A stretch of DNA of 64,000 nt from NCBI GenBank assembly GCA_043745805.1, contig JAYTSD010000031.1, positions 82,731 through 146,730 of the forward strand, written 5' to 3'. The translations under genes and the position numbers were made by a program. This stretch comes from Fibrobacteria bacterium. GTDB lineage: Bacteria; Fibrobacterota; Fibrobacteria; UBA11236. Shown piece by piece: positions 37,464-47,262 of this stretch. How positions within the stretch are numbered: position 1 is the first letter of the stretch; each line of letters opens with the position of its first letter. The notes beneath the pieces are model-generated. The model did not search any database, had not been told where the DNA came from, and saw nothing but the letters and a program-made list of their open reading frames with translations.

Positions 37464-38594
37464 ATGGGTATTACAAAAACTGGTCCCAACAAATACATTA
37501 TTAAAGCCCGTGTAATTATTACGAATAAAGATCCGCGAAAAAAACGCAGTGATAAGCGCAAGGTCGAAACATTTTTTGGCAACGAAAGACAGGCAAATGA
37601 CCGCTACCTAGCTTTAAAAAGCGAATTGCGAGCGGAAAAAAGTAAACCACAGTTTCAGAGCCATTTCCGATTCTATTTAGAGCAGTATCGCGATCTTCGA
37701 GGCGGTACAATACCACAAAAACAAAGGGCGGTTTATGACTCGCTAGACAGCGACGTGGGTAACGTAGATATTACGGACCTTCGAGATTTTTTATTTAAGT
37801 ATTCGAAAATAATCCAACGAATTCCATCAAAAATGACCGGCAAATTATTGTCAAACGGGTCGATAAATAGGCGTCGCGCCATGGCCCTAGCTGCGCTTAA
37901 TTTGGCTAAGGACTTAAATCAAATTAGCGATGTTCCGCTTACAAAATCGGTTTGGCCAAAGCTGTCGGAAATCCCGCGGGATAGGCGATTGCATGATCAT
38001 GAAATCGTTAACCTTATAAACACGATAAATGAGCATGCTCCACATATTTATTACTTATTCTGGTTTGCAATAAATGTTCCCTGCCGTAAATCAGAATTAG
38101 TAAACATGACCATTGACGATCTAAACCTATTTGCGAATGCAATTAGAATACCCAATGGCACAACTAAAAATGAAGAGGGCACTTGGAAGCCAATACCAAG
38201 GGATATGCTGAATTATTTTCGAACCTTGCCGGAGGGAACTAAATATTTGTTTTACCGAATGGTAGGGGGTAGATGTCGTCGTATTGGAGACTTTAAAAAG
38301 TCATGGTCCAAATGCAAAAAAATTGCTGGCATTGCAAACTTTAGATTTCACGACACCCGCCATATCGCCGCAAGAAATATGATTATCGCGGGAATGGCTG
38401 AGCGTGATGTTATGAAAATTGCGGGATGGAAAACAAACATGCTTTCAACTTATTGGGGAAGCTCTTCGCTGGATTCGCTTTCGAGAGTTAAATTTATCTC
38501 TTGGGATGCCATTGTCGGTGGCAACTCGGTGTCAGGTGGCGAAGGTAATTCACAAGACAAGGTTGTTTCTGGTGTGAAAAAGGCGGTTTCTTAA
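37464..38594 (+). CDS. int: Tyrosine integrase
   Basis: CRKSEL, TTKN, FHDTRH, AGWKT and Y catalytic set; probable ATG 37464 with GAGAGG RBS (track start 37410). Confidence 0.93.
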   Translation: MGITKTGPNKYIIKARVIITNKDPRKKRSDKRKVETFFGNERQANDRYLALKSELRAEKSKPQFQSHFRFYLEQYRDLRGGTIPQKQRAVYDSLDSDVGNVDITDLRDFLFKYSKIIQRIPSKMTGKLLSNGSINRRRAMALAALNLAKDLNQISDVPLTKSVWPKLSEIPRDRRLHDHEIVNLINTINEHAPHIYYLFWFAINVPCRKSELVNMTIDDLNLFANAIRIPNGTTKNEEGTWKPIPRDMLNYFRTLPEGTKYLFYRMVGGRCRRIGDFKKSWSKCKKIAGIANFRFHDTRHIAARNMIIAGMAERDVMKIAGWKTNMLSTYWGSSSLDSLSRVKFISWDAIVGGNSVSGGEGNSQDKVVSGVKKAVS

Positions 38595-38607
38595 TATGAG
38601 ACTCTGC

Positions 38608-38652
38608 CTCTTAATCAGCGGGTCGAAGGTTCAATCCCTTCAGTACCCACCA
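38608..38652 (+). other. att site: 3' half of tRNA-Lys(CTT), from anticodon loop to CCA
   Basis: CTCTTAA-TCAGC-GGGTC-GAAGG-TTCAATC-CCTTC-AGTACCC-A-CCA; no D-arm or 5' acceptor strand (GGGTACT) upstream. Confidence 0.88.
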
Positions 38653-38870
38653 CCGATTTTTTTTCCGAAACGTCTCAATCAAAGTCTGTCATTGCGAAAT
38701 TAATTACGCATAATGTGCAACACGCTTAGTTAATCGTATTTTATATTGGCGCTACTAGCTGTCGATGTTGAATGCGCTGATCAAAAATGCGATTGAGTAA
38801 GTTTAGCCAATGCCGTTCCGCAACAAGTGAACTTCCGCCGGTTTAGTAAACCTTTACATGTGTAAATGCA

Positions 38871-39320
38871 CTATTTCAACCATGATCCAAAAATCATACG
38901 CTCCGAACCTTTACTTTTCCAGACTCCAGTATATTCAATCAACTGTGGTTCAAAGCGGTCTTTCCATTCCGTCAAACGATTTTGCAAGGTATCGGCTTCT
39001 AAACAAATAAATTTCAAACTTTTTATTTCAGGATAAATTTCAAGTAAGCTATCCTTCAAGATGATTTTTTTTTCTTCTCGTTCAATTTCAATTTGCCCAC
39101 CTTGGCATTTAGAAATAGGGTTTTGTAAAGCTTTTTGAATGGTCCGAGTAAGTAAAAACAAATGCCGCAAATCTTCAGCCTCTTGACTACGTGCCATAAA
39201 TTGCGAGTGGCCGGATAAATAAATTCGACTTGTAAGCGTTACAATGAAAGTGGATATCGTTATTCCTACCAATAATTCTATTAGCGTGAATCCTCGTAAT
39301 GAGGGAGTATATTTTTTCAT
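38871..39320 (-). CDS. Minor pseudopilin/pilin (prepilin N-terminal motif)
   Basis: RG|FTLIELLV. Confidence 0.85.
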   Translation of the reverse strand: MKKYTPSLRGFTLIELLVGITISTFIVTLTSRIYLSGHSQFMARSQEAEDLRHLFLLTRTIQKALQNPISKCQGGQIEIEREEKKIILKDSLLEIYPEIKSLKFICLEADTLQNRLTEWKDRFEPQLIEYTGVWKSKGSERMIFGSWLK

Positions 39321-39655
39321 GGAATAAAGTAATCCATTTGTAATTGACTTATAACTTTACCTTGTTTATTGCTTGCAATACCTCTTAAAATTGTTTCTTT
39401 ACCGTCCTTGACTATGTCGATTTTAATTTGCAAAAAAGGAGCGGCAGACATTTGTTCCAGAAATACCGAATGTGGCTTTAAAAGATAAGCGCGTTGTAAC
39501 CGATTTTCCAAAATCTGCGTAGCCATAAATTTTTCAGTAGCGGCCTGATTTTCGGTACGTCGATAAAACCATGCACTTAAAGGAAATAAAAATACCGAAG
39601 CGATAATCATTGCTATTAAGGTTTCGATTAAACTAAAGCCCTTCATGGTAACCAA
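39317..39655 (-). CDS. Minor pseudopilin/pilin (prepilin N-terminal motif)
   Basis: KG|FSLIETLIAMII. Confidence 0.85.
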   Translation of the reverse strand: MVTMKGFSLIETLIAMIIASVFLFPLSAWFYRRTENQAATEKFMATQILENRLQRAYLLKPHSVFLEQMSAAPFLQIKIDIVKDGKETILRGIASNKQGKVISQLQMDYFIP

Positions 39656-41019
39656 TTTTTTTGCAAAGGTAAAGGTTGCAAATTTTCGAAAATCAAGGGG
39701 ACGGGTATAGTCTGTGATGTAGTAGCAGCATGTAATTGAGCATCTTTTAAGTGTCCAAACCAGATTGTCCCTTGCTCTTCAAATTTTAAATTTTGGCAAA
39801 TCAAAGAACCCTGTAAATGCCCTTCCATTTTAACCAAACCGGGTGTGTAAATTAACCCTTGTATATCTGTTTTTGCTGCTACTTCGATTTGTATATCTTG
39901 ATTGTATTTCGGTTTTTCAGAAATATTGACTAGAAAAACACCTTGTCCCTGATATTGTTTTATGCTCATTGTTCCCCAATATAATGAGTCTTTTTCAGAT
40001 TTAGCCAATACACGGCCATGAACATAGAAAGTGGGATAATGTTCTTGCGTAGAAGAAATATTGATCTTTAAACTATCGCGAGCAATAAATTGTCCCTGTA
40101 ATTGTGGCGCACCGATAATATTCATATTTCTTAACGCATACACAATGCTGTTTTTGAAAGACGCATTACCTTCAATACGAATAAAGTTTGCTAAAATTTT
40201 GCAATTGCGTATGCGTGCTCCAGTAGCTATCGTAACAGTATCTGCGGAAATCCAACGAATATTTTCCCATGTCGAATCAATTAGTATTAAAGAAGAAGGG
40301 GTGCATCTATCCGTAATTTTAAAGCTATCAAAATCGGCATCATTATCAAAACGAAGCCTTTCCCAATAAATTTCTTGGCGCTCAACCCATGTTTTTGCTT
40401 TAGCCATACTAACTTCTATTTTTTTCCAAACCGTACTATTACTGTCCCATACAGGCCCGCTATGGGCTATCGTGCCATGCCAATATAATGGGGCTCCAAT
40501 GGCCTTTTGTACGCCACCGCGCCAAAGTAGGATTGGGCCAATAACCGAAGCCTTTCCAGCCAATACCATTTGCCCCTCTTTATTCGTTAATGCCAATGCG
40601 GGTAAATCTTGCAAATTCAAATTTTGCCCTATCAACGCGCGTTCGCATTTATTGATAACTCGATCTCCCTTTCGTAACTCTCCTGTTACGGTAGCTTGGG
40701 TGAATAAGCCATAGGGTTGCACAGAAGTGGTGAAAGATAATTTTTGATCTTGCAGCCAATATTTCAATTTATCAGTTTGAAATTCTAAATGTTCTGCCTC
40801 GGATCCACTTAATTTTTTTAGCACATAGTCTAGGCCGGACTCGGAAGCCAAGCGAGCTTGTATAATATCTTGTTCTTGCTGAGCAAGGTTATTATTGAAT
40901 TTTACTGATTTCCAATAAATGGATAAAAGTAAACCTAATACAGCTATAATACCTAGCACATATCCTAAGGCGCTGCCTTGATTGCTAGATGGAAAATTAG
41001 GTTTGGAAATATATTGCAT
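39643..41019 (-). CDS. GspK/PilX-like large pseudopilin with beta-helix-like C-terminal domain
   Basis: QG|SALGYVLGII...QARLASESGL, lacking E5 as in GspK/PilX. Confidence 0.75.
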   Translation of the reverse strand: MQYISKPNFPSSNQGSALGYVLGIIAVLGLLLSIYWKSVKFNNNLAQQEQDIIQARLASESGLDYVLKKLSGSEAEHLEFQTDKLKYWLQDQKLSFTTSVQPYGLFTQATVTGELRKGDRVINKCERALIGQNLNLQDLPALALTNKEGQMVLAGKASVIGPILLWRGGVQKAIGAPLYWHGTIAHSGPVWDSNSTVWKKIEVSMAKAKTWVERQEIYWERLRFDNDADFDSFKITDRCTPSSLILIDSTWENIRWISADTVTIATGARIRNCKILANFIRIEGNASFKNSIVYALRNMNIIGAPQLQGQFIARDSLKINISSTQEHYPTFYVHGRVLAKSEKDSLYWGTMSIKQYQGQGVFLVNISEKPKYNQDIQIEVAAKTDIQGLIYTPGLVKMEGHLQGSLICQNLKFEEQGTIWFGHLKDAQLHAATTSQTIPVPLIFENLQPLPLQKNWLP

Positions 41020-41492
41020 TAGGGATATCCTAAAATAAATTTCCGACCTTCCTTAATAACCGTGACTTGATGACGCTCTATGAGGAGAATTTTAAAATCC
41101 CAAACTTGAGCCCCTACTTTGACCAATTCAGTTTGCGAATCTTGTTTGAGTATGGCTACAGGGTCTGTGCCCCATAATATACCCGTTAATATGGCTTTAG
41201 GCGGCTCAATGATTTTAAGAGGCGTTTTGACCACCGGGCTTTTTGATTTTAAAGGAATCGGAGTTTGTGTATATAAAAGCGATTGAAAAGGATCGCGCAG
41301 CGTGCTGTCTACTAAAAATTTGGAACGAAACAATAATAGATCATTCTTTACCATAACAATTTTTTCAGTTACGACTTCAGTTTTCTTAAAATAAAGATAA
41401 ACAAATTGCCATAATACATAAGTCCAAATACTGATTGCAGTGGCAAGTAGGAGTATAAATAGTTTCCTCATACTCCTAATCCTTCGGCACAA
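41019..41492 (-). CDS. GspC/PilP-like protein
   Basis: N-terminal TM, RDPF motif, LTGILWG..P.AIL...VKVG. Confidence 0.7.
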   Translation of the reverse strand: MCRRIRSMRKLFILLLATAISIWTYVLWQFVYLYFKKTEVVTEKIVMVKNDLLLFRSKFLVDSTLRDPFQSLLYTQTPIPLKSKSPVVKTPLKIIEPPKAILTGILWGTDPVAILKQDSQTELVKVGAQVWDFKILLIERHQVTVIKEGRKFILGYP

Positions 41493-42018
41493 AAATACTG
41501 AGTTCTAACTGTACGTGAATGGAAGAATGATGCATGGCTTCGCTTTTGATGGATATTTTTCTTATCCGCAAAATCATGTCCTGATTTTCCAAAGCGGCGA
41601 TAAAATGTAAAAGATCCGGAAATTTTCCAATTACATTAAGCGCAAAAGGATATTCGGAAGAGCCCGGTAAGGACAAAACATCCATGACCTGTAAATCTGA
41701 TATTTGTAAGCCTTGAGTTTTGGCTTGCTCTGCCAGCATTTGTAATATCATTGATCCTTGTCCAGACGTTGGAAAAGTTTTTTTTAAACTCTCCATACGC
41801 ATGGCTATATCTTGGTAAAAACGAGTCAAGCTATCGGTATGCCCTAGATTTCTTTGTAAGGCTTTAAACTCACCCAATCTATCCCGATTAATTTGATAAC
41901 TTCGATAAGAATATAAGCCCCAAGTTCCGAGTAATAAAAACATGGCACAACTCAGTATAAGCAATCCCACAAAAAGGAATTCACCTTTACGACGCGCAAA
42001 AATAGTGGGCAAGTTCAT
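41476..42018 (-). CDS. PilO/GspM-like protein
   Basis: TM, coiled coil, then L.V.G.F..LL.FI..LE ferredoxin-like fold motif. Confidence 0.75.
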   Translation of the reverse strand: MNLPTIFARRKGEFLFVGLLILSCAMFLLLGTWGLYSYRSYQINRDRLGEFKALQRNLGHTDSLTRFYQDIAMRMESLKKTFPTSGQGSMILQMLAEQAKTQGLQISDLQVMDVLSLPGSSEYPFALNVIGKFPDLLHFIAALENQDMILRIRKISIKSEAMHHSSIHVQLELSIFVPKD

Positions 42019-43430
42019 TCTTGGACCTGCATTTGGAAATACACCAAATCGCGATGATTCGCTTTTATACCGGTTTTTTGCACGACTTTTTCCGCGGCCA
42101 TGGCTTCGGTAGATTTAAGTTTTACTTCCGAAAAATGATTTTGTTTTTCTAAATGCGCTAAAAGTTCTGACACTTTCGCCTCATCTAATGCATATCCAGA
42201 TAGGTGATGGATAAACCCAGATTTTTCGCCACTTTCCAAATCCCAACTTTCCAACCAAACGCCAGCAGGTAATGCCGAAGTTACTTGTTGCAAACTTTTT
42301 GCCGAGCTATTGCGCAAGGAAAGGACTTCGCTTAATTTTTGCAACTCCTGTTCAACATTCTGTTTATGTTTTTGCAGGACATTCCATTCCTTTAGCTCAT
42401 GATTCCACTTTTTATGACTTACTTTAACAGATATTTGCAGAGCTAAGGATAAAGCGAACATTAAGGCTACGCTGCCGCCAAAAAAAAGCAATATCCAGTA
42501 ATTTGCCCGACATAAAAACCCAGCGTGTTGCAACCATTTGCGGCGTTTAGCCACTAGCTCTTCGTTCCAACTCCCTAAGCTGATTGCAGATATTTGTCCT
42601 TGGGCATGGTTTAAGGCTTGTAATCCCGCTAAACGAAATTCTTCCGGTAAAGTCGATAAAGTTTTAATGCAAGCAGCATTTTCAACTATCAAACCCAGTG
42701 GAGCGAGAATTTTTTCCCAATCGCAGGCTGCATGATTTTTCCATAGATACACTGAAGTTACCTGTAAATTCTCCCTTTGGTTTTTCCAATGCTCATTCCA
42801 ATGCAATAGGGCTTTTTGAATTTCTTTGGCCATCAATATTGGCGATTCGTTAATGGTATTGAGTCCATAAGGGATGCGGCTATGTGCCAGCAACATTTTA
42901 TCGCGATACATTAGCAAATGGGTATAATCAATTTCTGGCAATAAGATTAGAAATGAGTCATTGCATTTTTGAAAATCTAGGGCCTGATTTAGTAGTAAGG
43001 GGCTAGGCACCAATTCGGATAAAGTTGCTAAACTTTGGGGTAAAGACTTTGTGAATGCCTCTAGGCTATCTGCTCGGAACCAAAGTAAAGCATGGCATTC
43101 GATTTCGGCAAAAGTCAAACTTTCCAATTCATCTCGTCTTATGCCTTGTGGGCGCGATGCTTCTTCTGCAATACGACGCCCTTCTTCGGAATTTTCTATT
43201 TCATTTTGAAAAACCCATTTGAAAGGTAAATGAGAAACTGCCCCGTAAAAGCCCTCATAAGTCAGGCCTTGGGCTTGTGCAAAGGCAGCGGCTTCATTAA
43301 AGTCACCTTTAAAATGCCGTACAAATTTTTTGGTTTTATAATCGACTCCAACCAAATGAATTTCTTGTGATGTCCATTCCGCACCCCAAACAATGCGGGG
43401 CATAAAAAGCTCCGACCAAGAAAAAGTCAT
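42015..43430 (-). CDS. PilM-PilN / GspL-like protein
   Basis: Cytoplasmic N-domain, TM at ~310-335, PilN-like 'LP.GVWL.S...LSGYA...V..L...LE....F..V.L'. Confidence 0.75.
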   Translation of the reverse strand: MTFSWSELFMPRIVWGAEWTSQEIHLVGVDYKTKKFVRHFKGDFNEAAAFAQAQGLTYEGFYGAVSHLPFKWVFQNEIENSEEGRRIAEEASRPQGIRRDELESLTFAEIECHALLWFRADSLEAFTKSLPQSLATLSELVPSPLLLNQALDFQKCNDSFLILLPEIDYTHLLMYRDKMLLAHSRIPYGLNTINESPILMAKEIQKALLHWNEHWKNQRENLQVTSVYLWKNHAACDWEKILAPLGLIVENAACIKTLSTLPEEFRLAGLQALNHAQGQISAISLGSWNEELVAKRRKWLQHAGFLCRANYWILLFFGGSVALMFALSLALQISVKVSHKKWNHELKEWNVLQKHKQNVEQELQKLSEVLSLRNSSAKSLQQVTSALPAGVWLESWDLESGEKSGFIHHLSGYALDEAKVSELLAHLEKQNHFSEVKLKSTEAMAAEKVVQKTGIKANHRDLVYFQMQVQE

Positions 43431-45631
43431 TTTTCTAAGTCCGAATTTTTCTTCAGATATTCTTCTGGATTAACATTGGCATCATTTCCAAAATAAATAT
43501 GAGGGGTAACAAAAATCAGTAATTGGCTGCGCGAGCGAGTTTGGGTATTGTTTTTAAATAGCCAACCAATAAAGGGAATGGAGCCGAAAAAAGGAACTTG
43601 TCGATTGGTGCGATTAAGGGATTCTTTTACTAATCCACCAAGTACAATTGTTTCTCCATCGCGTAGGCGCACCTTCGATTTTAAAATACGATGATTTAAA
43701 GTGGGAGGGACATTGGGATCGAAAGATCCTTCGGGTTCGGAAAAATCCGGGACTATATCGCAAGTGATTTCTTTTTGGCCCGTAACAAAAGGCGTCACAG
43801 TTAAAGTTACATTGGCTTCAATTTTTTCAAAATGCTGAGATGTTTTAGTGGTAACATTTGCCGTTTGATTGAAATCTGTTTCCGATTTTAACAGAAAATA
43901 CTGAGTTTGGCCTACGGTAATGGTGGCTTCCGAACCATTCAAAGTGGCTATTTGCGGGCGAGAGCGTATTTTTAAAACTTTTTCAGTTTCCAAAGCTTCC
44001 ACTTTAGCGATAAAATTTTTCGGTAAAGAAACAATATCGCGCAGGCCAGGAATACCCTTAAGTAAATCTTCACTCCGCTCTTTGTTAAATACTTGATCAA
44101 TAGCAGGATAAATAGTTTCTGCACTTTTAACCCGCTTAATATCTCCCAAAAAAAGATCGGCACCATAACTGCGAATTCTATCCATGTCCACGTCGACTAC
44201 CAAGGCTTCAATAAGAATTTGGGCAACGGGTAAATCGATTTGACTGATGTATTGGGTAATTCCATCAATCACTTCATAGGGACCTAAAGCCATAATGGCG
44301 TTTTGGCTTTTCACTAATTTGAGTTGCGCCTTTTGTGTAAGTGTGGCTGGTAATAACTCCATTACATCTTCCGCTTTCAAATGCTTGAGCACCAGCAATT
44401 TGGAATTATCTAATACTTGCATGCTTTGAGGGCCAATAAAATAAACTTTATTATGCGTCCAAAAAGTAAACTCGGTGCCACGGAAAAGAATTTGGAACGC
44501 TTGCTCCAAAGGAACATCAGAAATTTTCATCGTCACATTGCCTTTAAGCTCGCCATATATAACTGTACTGATACCAGATTGTTGGCAAATTGCGGAAACA
44601 ATATCATGCAGAGGAGCATTGGTGACTTCCATGCTCACTTGATTATCTTTTACAAAAACCGGCATGCGGCGAGTTGCCGCTTCACCTGGCTTTGCACCAT
44701 CGCTATTCCAAGCCTGAGGAAAAAACGTAATGATGCCTTCTTTTTCTCGCATAAGTAACCCATTACTCTCAGCGATTAATTTTAACCCTTTATTCAAATC
44801 CATATTTTTAAAAAAAGCATTGATGTCACTACGTAATCCTGCATCTGCCACTATGGTCTTGTTGGTTTTTTCCACTAGTTTGCGTACAACTTGATCTAAG
44901 GGTATCTTTTGAATATCAGCGGACAATTGATTATTGGCGAAATCCACAATAAAATTGGGTGGCGGCGGTAAAGCAGGTGGAGGAGTGGTTTTTTTATCCA
45001 CCTTAATGGCGCCATGTACTACGCTTAAGACATATCCATTTTCTTCGGCAATTAAGCGCACCGCTTCTTTTAATTTAATCTTATGCAAATTTACGGAAAT
45101 AGGTCCCGCCACATTGGCGGCCATAAGAATATTAATACCATATTGTACACCTAAACCTTGCAGTACATCGCGTATCTCAGTATTACGAACATTCAAGGCT
45201 TCCACTTTAATGCTATCCGGAATAGGCAAGTCTACTTCCTCGGCTACCTTTAAAGGAATTACAGGACTCATTGCTGTATTGGGTAAAGAATTCGCAGTGG
45301 AGGATGTTTCCATTTTAGGTGAGGATGGTTCAGGACTTGATGGAGTAGGAATAGTCGCAGGAGAGTTAACATCGGGGGTATTGGGTATTGCGGTTGGATT
45401 ATTGCTTAAGCTGGAATTAACTGGAGCTGTTACTTTATTGGCTTCGCGATTTTGTAATCGTTCGCGGCGTAAAGAATCACGTACCATGGCACGTCTTTGA
45501 GCGGGTGAAATGGATGCTTTATCCTTATTTTCTTGGGCGGGCGACAATATACCCGTTAACATTATAAACGCAGAAAATGCGCCTATTTTAAAAATGGAAT
45601 TCCTGCGCATTATTTTTCCTTTTTCTATCAT
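43427..45631 (-). CDS. gspD: Secretin (GspD/PilQ family)
   Basis: QILIEALVVDV, SRPQIATLNGSEATITVG, LTVTP, GETIVLGGL..., VPFFGSIPFIGWLFK, LLIFVTPHI. Confidence 0.93.
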   Translation of the reverse strand: MIEKGKIMRRNSIFKIGAFSAFIMLTGILSPAQENKDKASISPAQRRAMVRDSLRRERLQNREANKVTAPVNSSLSNNPTAIPNTPDVNSPATIPTPSSPEPSSPKMETSSTANSLPNTAMSPVIPLKVAEEVDLPIPDSIKVEALNVRNTEIRDVLQGLGVQYGINILMAANVAGPISVNLHKIKLKEAVRLIAEENGYVLSVVHGAIKVDKKTTPPPALPPPPNFIVDFANNQLSADIQKIPLDQVVRKLVEKTNKTIVADAGLRSDINAFFKNMDLNKGLKLIAESNGLLMREKEGIITFFPQAWNSDGAKPGEAATRRMPVFVKDNQVSMEVTNAPLHDIVSAICQQSGISTVIYGELKGNVTMKISDVPLEQAFQILFRGTEFTFWTHNKVYFIGPQSMQVLDNSKLLVLKHLKAEDVMELLPATLTQKAQLKLVKSQNAIMALGPYEVIDGITQYISQIDLPVAQILIEALVVDVDMDRIRSYGADLFLGDIKRVKSAETIYPAIDQVFNKERSEDLLKGIPGLRDIVSLPKNFIAKVEALETEKVLKIRSRPQIATLNGSEATITVGQTQYFLLKSETDFNQTANVTTKTSQHFEKIEANVTLTVTPFVTGQKEITCDIVPDFSEPEGSFDPNVPPTLNHRILKSKVRLRDGETIVLGGLVKESLNRTNRQVPFFGSIPFIGWLFKNNTQTRSRSQLLIFVTPHIYFGNDANVNPEEYLKKNSDLEK

Positions 45632-47262
45632 GCCGTTTCCCGCAAAACTTCTTCCAAGATGGTAACTCCAGCTTCCACTTTGGCAATGCCATCTTCTCGC
45701 AATCCCAACATTCCTTCACGTTCAGCATATTCCCTAATTATTCCGGCATCTTTTTTGTCGATAATAAGAGAGCGTATTCCCTCAGTTACGGGTAAGATTT
45801 CAAAGACTCCAACTCGTCCAGCAAAACCAGTATGACGGCAGTATACGCAGCCCTTGGCTTGACCTTGACAATGAGTGCACGTTTTACGGACTAGGCGTTG
45901 GGCCCCGATTAAAGTTAAAGCGGAAGCGATGAGAAAAGGTTCTATGCCCATGTCCAATAGCCGAGTTACCGCGCTGGGTGCATCATTAGTATGCAAAGTG
46001 GAAAGTACTAAATGGCCAGTAAGGGCTGCCCGTATGGCGATTTCAGCGGTTTCGCGATCACGAATTTCACCTACCATAATCACATTAGGATCTTGTCTTA
46101 GAATGGTACGCAAGGCATTCGCAAAAGTAAAATTGATTTCGGTTTTTACTGCGGTTTGGATAATGCCTTCTAATTTATATTCAATCGGATCTTCTACGGT
46201 CACAATATTGCGTTCGGGAGATTTGATCAAATTTAAAGCACTATATAAAGTGGTGGTTTTCCCAGCTCCTGTGGGACCCGTTATTAGTATCATTCCATAG
46301 GGCAACTGCAAAGTTTTTTTTAAAGTATTGAAACGTGCCGGATCCAATCCCAATTGGCCAAGGTCTAAAGGTACGGCTTCTCTATCCAGTATACGCAATA
46401 CCACCTTCTCACCATACTCGGTGGGTAAAGTAGAAACGCGAATATCGACCGCCCGGCCATTTTCTTGTAAGCGAATGCGACCATCTTGAGGACGGCGTTT
46501 TTCCGCTATGTCGAGATTGGCCATAATTTTGACACGCGATACAACTTCGGCTTGCGAACGCGAATGGATAGAACGATGCACGCGCAAAACCCCATCTTGT
46601 CTTAAGCGCACTTTCATTTCACGTTCAAAAGGTTCAAAATGAATATCCGAAGAACCGCTATGTATAGCTTCGGAAATGATTTCATGTACCAAGCGCACAA
46701 TGGGTGATTCCCCTACACGTAACCCTTGGCTCAATCCTTGACCCATTCCTCGATGGAAGCCAGTCGATTCATGGTTTTGGTTGGAGCGAGAACTGGGCAA
46801 TGTTTCCGCGGAATTGTTTTTGGTGGCCCCGCCATTTTTGTAAAAGGAGCCTATCATTTTTTCCAAAGTTAATCGATCCGATGCAATGGGCTCAATCAAA
46901 TATCCACTGATGACTTGTAAATCGGCGAGTATATCTAAATCTGTAGGGTCTACCAAAGCCACTTTGAGTTTGCCGGCTTTCCATTCCAAGGGCATAACGC
47001 CATAAGCTTTTACCGTATCAAGGGGTAATGTGCGTAATACGTCCATTGTGGGTTGATAGGCCGAAATATCCTCGCAATGAATATTCCATTCCGTTTTCAA
47101 AAGTGCAGTCATTTCTATTTGCAGCAATGGCGTAAACGCTTTCGATTCGCCTTCATCGTTTTTTCGATGCATAGCCCGCCAAAGATTTTCCGCTAAACTA
47201 TCTCCGCTAATACGTAAATCAGCAATAGCTTCGCGCATATATTGATCTTGTGAATTATTCAT
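45628..47262 (-). CDS. gspE: GspE/PilB secretion ATPase
   Basis: SDIHFEP, PQDGR, GPTGAGKTTT, TVEDPIEY, LRQDPNVIMVGEIRD, TGHLVLSTLHTND, tetracysteine motif. Confidence 0.96.
   Translation of the reverse strand: MNNSQDQYMREAIADLRISGDSLAENLWRAMHRKNDEGESKAFTPLLQIEMTALLKTEWNIHCEDISAYQPTMDVLRTLPLDTVKAYGVMPLEWKAGKLKVALVDPTDLDILADLQVISGYLIEPIASDRLTLEKMIGSFYKNGGATKNNSAETLPSSRSNQNHESTGFHRGMGQGLSQGLRVGESPIVRLVHEIISEAIHSGSSDIHFEPFEREMKVRLRQDGVLRVHRSIHSRSQAEVVSRVKIMANLDIAEKRRPQDGRIRLQENGRAVDIRVSTLPTEYGEKVVLRILDREAVPLDLGQLGLDPARFNTLKKTLQLPYGMILITGPTGAGKTTTLYSALNLIKSPERNIVTVEDPIEYKLEGIIQTAVKTEINFTFANALRTILRQDPNVIMVGEIRDRETAEIAIRAALTGHLVLSTLHTNDAPSAVTRLLDMGIEPFLIASALTLIGAQRLVRKTCTHCQGQAKGCVYCRHTGFAGRVGVFEILPVTEGIRSLIIDKKDAGIIREYAEREGMLGLREDGIAKVEAGVTILEEVLRETA

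Larger units (their letters stand above)
1..38652. mobile_element. Temperate podovirus-like prophage (left end outside window), integrated at tRNA-Lys
   Basis: Contiguous phage modules (replication, terL/portal/capsid, ejection proteins, repressor, Bet, xis, integrase) end at a tRNA 3' fragment, and host-type secretion genes follow. No tape-measure or sheath gene seen. Confidence 0.93.

Noticed and set aside
38577-38652. Intact tRNA-Lys gene
   Set aside because: Only the anticodon loop to CCA is present; upstream sequence is the integrase end, with no D-arm or matching 5' acceptor strand.
1-38652. Stop-codon reassignment in the phage
   Set aside because: Genes are full length and densely packed under the standard bacterial code, ending in TAA, TAG and TGA.
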